From contig CAZMHJ010000001.1 of the NCBI GenBank assembly GCA_964566075.1, forward strand, positions 9,890-72,796: DNA of 62,907 nt, written 5' to 3'. Position numbers and translations under genes: made by a program. Positions 26,301 through 34,300 of the stretch are shown here, one piece after another. The notes under the pieces are model-generated. The model did no database searches and was not told where the DNA came from. It was given only the letters and a program-made list of their open reading frames with translations. The DNA comes from an uncultured Candidatus Saccharibacteria bacterium. GTDB taxonomy: Bacteria > Patescibacteriota > Saccharimonadia > Saccharimonadales > CAIOMD01. The first letter of the stretch is position 1. Every line of letters starts with the position of its first letter.

Positions 26301-29300
26301 TGCGTTTGCTGTTTGATTATCGGGAGTGAATGGTACGGAGTCTAGTCTAAAATCTCTACCAAGCCAGCTCCTATCCTTGTTAGGTGTTATGCCTGTCGTG
26401 TGATATTTTGGTGCCCCTACAAGGCTTCCACCATCTTTTGTAACCACATAATTAAACCAGCTGACAGCTAGGCCATTAATGCCCTCGTCATAGTTTGTTT
26501 GGGTATGTGGAACTTGGTTAGTGTATGTCGCAAGCGGTTTACGGTCTGTACCAAACCATACAGATGGCGCCGGCCCATAGTTATCAATTGGTAAATCGTT
26601 TGCGTCGTAAATGGTTGTCGACTTTAACCCAGTTGCATCAGTCGATGATAACAATAAGTCTTTTACGGCGTCCCACTCTTGTTGTGTTGCGTTACCGTCT
26701 TTACCATAGTTTTTAACCGTTCTGTACAAGCTGTCGTATTCGACTCGTTGGCTATAACCTTTAGGCTCAACCTCTCCAACCTCATTAGTTTGGGTCGCAT
26801 TATTGAGGTAGTTATAGTTATGTTTTGCCCTAAAGCCACCTTCGGTTGCGCTTGGTAACGTAATTGAATTTGCACGGCCAACGACATCATAGTCTATTTG
26901 GCTTGTAACCGTACTGTTATCTTGTCTAATTCCAGCTGCTACCGCATCATATGCGAGTGATGACTGTTGTTGCACAAGCCGACCGAGTGCATCATATCCG
27001 AGTGTCGTTGTCACGCCACCTGGGCTTACAATACGAGCGAGTTGACCATTTTTATAGTACAAATAGCTTAGTTGTTGGTCTGTTGTTTTAAAAGCACAAA
27101 GCATATTAAAAGGTGGCTGGCTGTCATAGCCATTTGGTACCGAACCACAATTATTATCACCAGAATAGTACAATGTACCCATCCTTGTTTGGTCAGCGCC
27201 ATCCTTGATAGTTGTTAAGCGCGCTGGGGTACCATCGTAACCATATATGAGCGCCGTTGGCTTTCGGTCATCATTTGGCGTACTCGTACTCGTTAGTTGC
27301 CCCGCACTGTTAAAGGTATAGGTACGCCCATCACTATCTATTAACGTGTACGTGCTATCCGCATTCTTTGTTAAGAAGCCGTACTCATTAACAGGAGGCG
27401 TGTATGCACTACCATTCCATTTATATTCGTGCTGATCACCTTCGGCATCATATAAAATGACGCTTTGCGTTTGAATGTTTGCATAATCATACGCTAAATC
27501 ACCATCAGCATCTACACTCATTTGCCAGCCGTTTGGTAATGGATTAATTTTGGTGCTAAGCCATGCACTCGGAATAATTTGCTCGGCCACCGCACCCTTC
27601 ACGTAAAGCCCAAATGAAGCCGCTCCAAGATTCTCATAAAATTCTGCGGTTATAGGAATTGACTGCCCAGACGTTAGATTAACAGCCGGGCCGTATCCAA
27701 TACCTGAGCCAGTATCTTTCCAGTCATCCTGGTATGCAGAAGTGCCACCGTTTAGATATATTCTTGAACCATCATCGCTACTGGTGCCAAAGTAATAGGT
27801 TCCCGTGACCGGAGCGGTGAAGTAGCCAGTATACCGGGCTGCGAAATTATTAATTGGACCATATGGCATCGGTGAGCCCTCGCCCCAATTAAAGTTCATA
27901 TTTGTTTCACGCCTGGTTAAGAATGAGCTCATAGGGTCAGTTGGGAACGTTGGCGAGACTCCAGCTGAGGCACTAAAGTATCGGCCCATCAATCCATTAT
28001 TCTGCGATACGGTTTTGGGTTCGGTTCGTAGCCAATTTGTTTGAATCTGCTGCTCTACACCATCTATTCTTACGGCAACATAAAGATATCCATTCCCTGT
28101 TGCCTCGATATAGTCCATTTGCATCGGTACGATTTGACCCTCACTAAAGTAGCGAGAACCCATAGTCCAATTACCGTTACTACAACAACCTGCGCTAACA
28201 GCCGGTGTTGATTCGTTATTTAGATATAGTGCATAGTAATCATCTGCCGTAAATCCAAACTGATAATTACCGGACTTTGGTGCAATAAAGTAGCCCTTGA
28301 GTCGCATCGAAAAATTATCGTTATTAACGACTCCAGCCGCAGGCGTGCCCGTGTTCCATGGGAAGTTTAGGTTAGTCTCAATGCGACGAATCGCAGAGCT
28401 ACCCGACCACGAAGTGTTATTGTAATATTCCGCTGTTAAACCGGGTTTGCTGCGATACGGCGAATTGTAGTCAAAGCTTAACCCTATGTTGCCACCTAAT
28501 GCAGACATTGTGTGTGTGCCTGCACTTGTCACAACGTTACCAGTGGCTAAATTGACATCAACAGGCCCTCCGTCGTCAAAGCTTGCTGCGCTATCATTAC
28601 CCAGTCGTGCATCGTACTTAAATGATCGAGTCCATACGTTGATCGGTGACCCCCATCTATCACAGGTGCCACCAACATATTGGCCACACGAATCATGAGA
28701 ATAAACATGCCAGTAGTATGTTACACCGTCTTGTAGAACACCTTCTGGTACTGTCCATTGGGTAGAGCTTATAAGACCTGAGTTTATAACCGTGCCTGTC
28801 TCACCATCTTGACCAGTCGACACCCTAAAGTAGTACTGTATCGGGTCACCATCAGGGTCAGTACTTGGATTAACCTGCAACATTGGTTGATCAGTAACGA
28901 CAACTTGTTTATCAGCTGGTGATAGTGGCGTAGGTACTGAAGGAGTGCTATTGAAGGTATATTCAATCCAGCTATTATCGGCGTCAAAACCTTTCCAGGT
29001 TAAATATGCTCGCTCCTCACCATTTAGGATATACGTCGGGCCAGTATCACCAATATCTGCTTGCCTTTGTAGCAAAGCGGTCATACTAATATTGCCGTTA
29101 GTCCCAAACCATGCGCTGTGGCGCGGGCTTCCCCAATCAATACAGTTATAGCCCCAACAAGCGGCACGCGAAACTTCAGTGTATAAACCTTCTGTTGTGC
29201 CGATGCCAGACCTCTTATTTATAATCAGATTTGCACTTAGAATTTGCTTGCCAGGAAGTTCTGGCATCGAAACCCAAAAGACGGTTCGCCAGCCTTTCCA

Positions 29301-30479
29301 GCCATTGTTCGATAAATACCCAGCGTTCATATAACAAGAACTTGACGAACAAACATAGCCATCAGACTTATAGGCAGTATAGTTCCAGCTTACATTTGAG
29401 CTTCGACGCCACGATGGGTCGATAATTATCGGAAAATCAGCAGTTTTTTGTTGTTTAAGCCATCCCCCATCGAGTGTTACGGTAAGAACCCCATTCTTGT
29501 ACTCTTGGGTTGCCTTAGTTTCGCTAATAGGACCTTGTGTTTGGAGTGTAACAGATAACGGCGCGAGCTGCTGCTCGGTACCCTCTACATCAAAGCCACC
29601 ACTAGCATTCTTTTTTAAATTTGCACCGGTAACTTTAAATGCATAGCTCGTTGTCGCATTTGCAGTTTTAATAATGATATCTTCCTTAAGAGCCCCACCT
29701 TTAACCGTGTAGCGTAAATCGACACCATTCCATAGATCTTTATAGGTAACTGTTTGCTTACCATCCTCAGTCGTTACCACAGGCGTAACCGATTTTGCGG
29801 CGCCCACAGGGAAATATGCTAACTTCGTATTACCTGATTCAATACGAATCATGCCTACCTTGTCATCTGATTTTGCAAAACGAGCTTGCCAATCGTTTGC
29901 GGCAAGCTTGTAGGTATCTAGTTTTTGCGTCTTACCCTTTACGAACGCGATTGCTTTGCCGACAACATTTGTACTGTCAGCTGCATTTGTATCTTCAACA
30001 AGCGTATTGTCAATTTTTTCCCACTTACCATTTTTTTGATAGTTAACTCTATCAAAATATTTCTTTACTGTTTTTTGACCATTACCAAGATCAAATGATT
30101 CAGAGTTCTCGGTTCGCTCAGATACTATTTCCGCTTGCTTTGTTGGTGCACTTTGTTTAGTTGTAGGTGAAGGTGGGTTTGATCCAAGTGTAGTTCCCTT
30201 GCCGATAGCGCCATTTACCTCAGCAGCTTTTTGAGAAGCAACCGCTAGCGGTTGGGGAGTTTTTTTACCTGCAGCCAGAGCCTTATCGGTACTCGCAGCA
30301 ATAGAAAGAGCCAGCGAAGCGACCATGGCGACAACAAAAAACAGCGCCGTGAGACGCTGTTTTTGGGAGTTAACCATTCTTAATGGGCGCACAAAGGCGC
30401 CATTCACCACGTTAAATAGGGACACTTTTGGAATTTTGGCGGTGTTTGTGTGGATGCGCTTCAAATGCAAATGTGGCAT
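23382..30479 (-). CDS. Giant secreted RHS/YD-repeat protein (2,365 aa) with three PA14 domains, a bulb-type lectin domain and a short variable C-terminal tip
   Basis: N-terminal signal/TM segment (LTALFFVVAMVASLALSIAAS). PA14-like segments at about aa 680-815, 828-975 and 1505-1605. Three QxDGNLVIY/F repeats at about aa 1396-1500. Many YD repeats (YDxxGR...). The RHS core ends YAYVNNPITDYDLTGQ, followed by 119 aa. Confidence 0.9.
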   Translation of the reverse strand: MPHLHLKRIHTNTAKIPKVSLFNVVNGAFVRPLRMVNSQKQRLTALFFVVAMVASLALSIAASTDKALAAGKKTPQPLAVASQKAAEVNGAIGKGTTLGSNPPSPTTKQSAPTKQAEIVSERTENSESFDLGNGQKTVKKYFDRVNYQKNGKWEKIDNTLVEDTNAADSTNVVGKAIAFVKGKTQKLDTYKLAANDWQARFAKSDDKVGMIRIESGNTKLAYFPVGAAKSVTPVVTTEDGKQTVTYKDLWNGVDLRYTVKGGALKEDIIIKTANATTSYAFKVTGANLKKNASGGFDVEGTEQQLAPLSVTLQTQGPISETKATQEYKNGVLTVTLDGGWLKQQKTADFPIIIDPSWRRSSNVSWNYTAYKSDGYVCSSSSCYMNAGYLSNNGWKGWRTVFWVSMPELPGKQILSANLIINKRSGIGTTEGLYTEVSRAACWGYNCIDWGSPRHSAWFGTNGNISMTALLQRQADIGDTGPTYILNGEERAYLTWKGFDADNSWIEYTFNSTPSVPTPLSPADKQVVVTDQPMLQVNPSTDPDGDPIQYYFRVSTGQDGETGTVINSGLISSTQWTVPEGVLQDGVTYYWHVYSHDSCGQYVGGTCDRWGSPINVWTRSFKYDARLGNDSAASFDDGGPVDVNLATGNVVTSAGTHTMSALGGNIGLSFDYNSPYRSKPGLTAEYYNNTSWSGSSAIRRIETNLNFPWNTGTPAAGVVNNDNFSMRLKGYFIAPKSGNYQFGFTADDYYALYLNNESTPAVSAGCCSNGNWTMGSRYFSEGQIVPMQMDYIEATGNGYLYVAVRIDGVEQQIQTNWLRTEPKTVSQNNGLMGRYFSASAGVSPTFPTDPMSSFLTRRETNMNFNWGEGSPMPYGPINNFAARYTGYFTAPVTGTYYFGTSSDDGSRIYLNGGTSAYQDDWKDTGSGIGYGPAVNLTSGQSIPITAEFYENLGAASFGLYVKGAVAEQIIPSAWLSTKINPLPNGWQMSVDADGDLAYDYANIQTQSVILYDAEGDQHEYKWNGSAYTPPVNEYGFLTKNADSTYTLIDSDGRTYTFNSAGQLTSTSTPNDDRKPTALIYGYDGTPARLTTIKDGADQTRMGTLYYSGDNNCGSVPNGYDSQPPFNMLCAFKTTDQQLSYLYYKNGQLARIVSPGGVTTTLGYDALGRLVQQQSSLAYDAVAAGIRQDNSTVTSQIDYDVVGRANSITLPSATEGGFRAKHNYNYLNNATQTNEVGEVEPKGYSQRVEYDSLYRTVKNYGKDGNATQQEWDAVKDLLLSSTDATGLKSTTIYDANDLPIDNYGPAPSVWFGTDRKPLATYTNQVPHTQTNYDEGINGLAVSWFNYVVTKDGGSLVGAPKYHTTGITPNKDRSWLGRDFRLDSVPFTPDNQTANAASLLVGGTLGTNQSIWSEDGQFRLIMQTDGNLVIYGPSGVVWASNTSGANCRLVLQGDGNLVIYNGNNVATWASATSGRPSGSLVMQNDGNLVIFGNDNSAIWATNIVKNPDAKYYGYGFRATGTVTFPQSGTYTYNIWNDDGARLTVNDNVLINNLGTRSEGVTQKRQTATFTAEAGKPYRIELAYGHTGYNQGALELWLSGPGITDTNAGLGTSRPTFVKPVYALTTSSKVFDSQTGDSTTKTDYGAQPELAQAKSVTEDVGGLNLTTSYTYEPYQAGSLMRQTSKTMPGGNTYTYLYYGATEVRKNECDANSSPVSQAGFAKGKIEPDPDGVGPQTPRTSETIYDSTGRVVATKFNNDPWTCTNYDARGRVISTVIPDINGRAGRTISSNYAVNGNPLVTSTTDQNGSIIVETDLLGRVISYKDTHSNVTTSAYDNAGHLVSRASPLGTETYTYDDYDRLVSQSLNSVVLATVTYDTFSRIASVAYPTANQQKLGSITRDNLGRMNGLSYTLGDGSTIISDQVNRTVSGDVISGTENGLAKSYTYDGGGRLTAATIGTNSYSYGFGTATAAQCAQTSANLNAGKNGNRTTQTINGKTTNYCYDSADRLLAGSDPSLAVVDYDDHGNTTAIGTSNLPVRFAYDASDRNTGVVQYTSDTGNGIATYYTRDVQGRIMGRYINSIANFTWSAAGDSFYGFTGSGDTPDFIRDNAWNVVEKYVTLPGNVLVTIRPNASDPSAQMTFSLPNIHGDNFAMTKADGSLLSTNVTGPFGELIDGQLAPTNADRGASYSYIGQHQKLSESNFSIPVVQMGARVYLASIGRFAQVDPIEGGTDNAYAYVNNPITDYDLTGQRAQRGRQQAQEKKLNFKELKAWNEGKNKYNSKDWNSAKAKQKYNEKIRGERQSRESKDKNNRKGPPSLPSGGLPSVSPQAKKAAGGTAAAASVLIAIWWGAKVLSPGCLVAAPVCAVVL

Positions 30480-30544
30480 TTAGTGGGCTCCAGTTGTTAT
30501 GTAAATATTCGTCGTTGGTTAACTCCACCAATGACTTAAGCCGA

Positions 30545-30572
30545 ATTATAAGCAAAATTTCAGAAAATGCAA
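30545..30572 (-). promoter_or_regulatory. Sigma-70-like promoter for the RHS gene
   Basis: Minus strand reads TTGCAT (30572..30567), a 16-nt spacer, then TATAAT (30550..30545). Confidence 0.45.
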
Positions 30573-30696
30573 GTACTTTTTTGTCAAATTATATTTCACA
30601 AGTCCTAGGGGTGAGTACTATGAGCCATATAGACCATGTATAAAACACCGACGAGAAGCAGTGCTAATAATACTACCGTTCTGCGCCATTCTTGGT

Positions 30697-31317
30697 TCAT
30701 TGCTGTACTCCGATTGGTTTTGCGATTACAACAAGTCTATCAACTGGGTTCCAGAGTGGTGTACACGTATAGAGTGTCAAACGGGTATCAGTTGTTGGCG
30801 CTTCGACCTCAACTTGATGAGCTGTCACAACTTTTTTCTCGGTAACGGTGTAGTGATAGGTTGTCGAACCCCATTTAAGGTAAATATCATCACCGATTTT
30901 TATCTTATCAAGGTGATAAAAGGGCTGTACTACACTTGGGTTATACGAAAAACGATGGCCAACAATAACCGTATTTCCACCTTTGTTGGGTGTAGGAGTG
31001 GCCGGTCGATGCCATAAGCCTTTATCGACCGTTTTTTCTGCCGTCCCCTCGATAACTGGCGCTAGGGCACCAATGGCTGGAATGTATAGTTGATCAGGGT
31101 TTGTCATACCTGTGCCGGCATCTGACTGTCCTGATTCAGTTGTGGCTGAAGACTCAAACTGTGTTTGTGCTCCACTACTCGCAAACCCAGGCCTTGCGAC
31201 GGTAGCGGGGCCATTAAAAAAGTAATCGAGTTGCGGTATAAGTGGCGCCAACAATATAAAAACTGCAAGAATAATGACAAACACGGTAAGCATATCGTTG
31301 AGAGACCGGTGTGTCAT
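30697..31317 (-). CDS. Sortase family transpeptidase
   Basis: N-terminal TM, catalytic His (VIVGHRF), TLYTCTP (TLxTC) and a downstream Arg (VDRLVV). It starts 25 nt after the adhesin stop. Confidence 0.88.
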   Translation of the reverse strand: MTHRSLNDMLTVFVIILAVFILLAPLIPQLDYFFNGPATVARPGFASSGAQTQFESSATTESGQSDAGTGMTNPDQLYIPAIGALAPVIEGTAEKTVDKGLWHRPATPTPNKGGNTVIVGHRFSYNPSVVQPFYHLDKIKIGDDIYLKWGSTTYHYTVTEKKVVTAHQVEVEAPTTDTRLTLYTCTPLWNPVDRLVVIAKPIGVQQ

Positions 31318-31342
31318 ACTCTTGCAGTTCGTATGTTTTTAT

Positions 31343-34300
31343 TTATCGACGGCGACTAACCGCGAATGCTCCACCAAGCATTGTAATAACAAGGATATAT
31401 CCAAGTGCAGTCAACGAACCAGAGCCTGTATCAACAAGCACTTGTGGCTTTTCTACCGTAGTTGTATGCGTATCCGTTGCACACGCTGTAACCACATTAT
31501 TCTTTGGCAACTGGATTGAATCAGTCGACACCTTAAGTAGACTAATTTCTGGATTTACTTCTTCTTGCTGTGGTTCTGCGCCACAGGTTTTCACGGTGTT
31601 AACTATTTGAGCACCTTCGCTACCGGCAGGTATCGTGTAGTTTGCAGTGTAAATCCACGTTTCGTTTACATCGAGTTTGCCATCACTATTAGTATCACCA
31701 GATTTGTAGACTCCATTGCCAGCAACGTTGTCAGCTACAGTAATGGTATCAAGCGGTTCGTCACCCGTGTTGGTAACCGTAAAGGTGTACGTAACCGTGT
31801 CACCAACTTTAGCGTTTGCTGGACCTGTCTTCACGACCTTAATTGCTGGGTGTAACACATCGAGTGTATGCGTATCTGTTGCACACGTTTGCGTGCCTTC
31901 TTCGTCATCTTCGTTGTAGCTATAGTCGCGATAGATGTTCCAGTTATCACCATAGTAGTCACCACAGGCTGTTACCGTGTTATTAACATCTGCGACTTGA
32001 GGAGTAGGAATAGTATATTTTACCGTACAGTATGCCCAATCGCCCGGATCAAGCCATGTAACTCCGCCACAATCTGCAGTTCCAGCAATATCATCAACAA
32101 CACTTAGGTTATCGATATAGGTATCACCAGAGTTATACACCCAGAAAGTATAAGTAACGGTGTCACCTTCGTGAGCCGTAGCAGGGCCACTCTTGTACAC
32201 TTCAAGGCCAGGGTGTTGATTATCGTTGTTTGTTATCTTACAGGTCACCGAATCACCAAGTGCCAACGTTAGTTCGTTGCCATTAAGCTGTCCGCCAGTA
32301 CACCACCATTGTCCTTGCGTGTAACCGTCTGGGCCTGATTCGCTGAGTGTGTAAGTAACGTTTGCTACCGCAGTTACCGACTCTACACCATTTAGACCAT
32401 TTCCGCTAATAACATCGCCATCATCAGATGGGGTGGCTGAAAGCGTCCAGTCACTTGGGTCGTTTTCGCCATTATTATTGTTAATGACCGTTTTCTTAAG
32501 CGTAAGCTTAGGAGCAATTGCAGTGTTTGTGACAGTACAAGTCTTAGCATCACCAAGCGCTACAGAACCATCACAATCTTCTGAATATGCGACCGAGTAT
32601 CCGTTGTGGCTACCTTCGCTCACTTCGTATTCACCAACGTTCAACGTAACATCAGTACCAGCTACACTACCGGCAAACTCATCATTCGATACATTATTGC
32701 CATCAACGTACATAGTAAAGTTACTAGCAGTTGCCGTTCCACCAGTCTCGCCATTTATGACGTGTTTTACCACTGTTAATTTAGGCTGTACTGCAGTGTT
32801 TGTAATTGTACAGGTATAATCAGCACCGAGTATCAATGCAAGCGTACTTTTTACGATGCTTGTTACGTTCGTCTTGTTGTTAACACAACTCCAGTCACTC
32901 GCTGTAAAGCCTTTTACAGGGCCTGATTCGCTGAGCGTGTAGCTTCCTGCGTTAACATTACCACTCACTGGTGTAGTGCCTGATAGGTGCGTTGGTCCGT
33001 CAGCAGTAAGTGTCCATTCGCTCGTACTCACCTTTGCACCATACAGATTTTCACCAAGTTTTTTAACAAGTGTTAATGCGGCACTATTATCATCGTTTGT
33101 TGCAGTACAAGTAACTTCTTGTCCGCTTGTAATTGTAACTTTATTATCTGATACTTTTGCGCCAACACAGTCCCAACCAGTAAGTGTATAGCCATCTGGA
33201 CCTGTTGACTCACTGAGCGTATAAGTACCTGCTTTGAACGAGTCATTACTTACCGCGCCACCAGCGCCACTGATGGTTGTAGGGCCAGTTGCTGTCAGTG
33301 TCCAATCAGTTGGGTCTGCAGTACCACCATTATTGTTAACTACGTTTTTTACTAGTGTTAGCTTTGGTGCCTTGTCGTCATTTGTAATCGTACATGTCTT
33401 AGTTTCGCCATTAGAAATCGAAACATTAGTACAACCATCGTATGATGTTGCATAACCATCTTTGTTCGCTTGTGTTTCGGTTACGCTGTAGGTGCCTTTA
33501 GGCAGATTGTTTATCTGGTTTTCACCATTTGCATTAAACCATTGGGCAGCGCCACCGTTAACTGAAAAGCTAAAGTCTGTTGCACTTGCCGTGCCGCCGT
33601 TATCATTCTTAACAACTTTTTTAACGATGAGCTTAGCTGGTTGTGTAGTGTTTGTAATTGTACAAGTAACGTTTTGGCCAAGTGCAACTATTAGTTGGTT
33701 AGCTTGGAGTGTTCCACCGTTACACGACCAGGCGCTTGCGGTAATACCAGCAGTAGGACCTGTCTCGCTAAGTGTGTAGGTGCCAGCATTCACATTACTG
33801 TTACTTGCGCCACCCGCACCACTTACAACAGTTGGGCCAGTTGCTGTCAATGTCCACGCTGTTTTTGTAAGGCCACTATTAAATTGATCAACCAGATTCT
33901 TAACTAATGTTAGACCCGGAGCATCATCATTGTTAGTAATAGTACATGCAGTCGTCTGGCCGTTTGCAAGTGTGATTTTACCGTTTGTAACAGTTACGCC
34001 ATTCGTACATGTCCAAACACTTGCCGTATAGCCACTTGGGCCACCGGTTTCACTAAGAGTATAGGTGTCAGCCTTAAAATTACTACCACTGGTTGCGCCC
34101 GCACTACCAGTTGCGCCAGAGAGGTTGGTTGGTGATGCAAGCGCACCGGTTGCCTTGAGTGTCCAGTCGGTTGCGTTGGCGGTACCGCCATTATCTTTAA
34201 TTAAATTCTTGATGAGCGTTAGCGCTGGTGCTTTATCGTCATTCGTAACAATACAAGTCTTAGTTTCTCCTAGAGCAATAGTGCCAGAACAATCGGTGCC

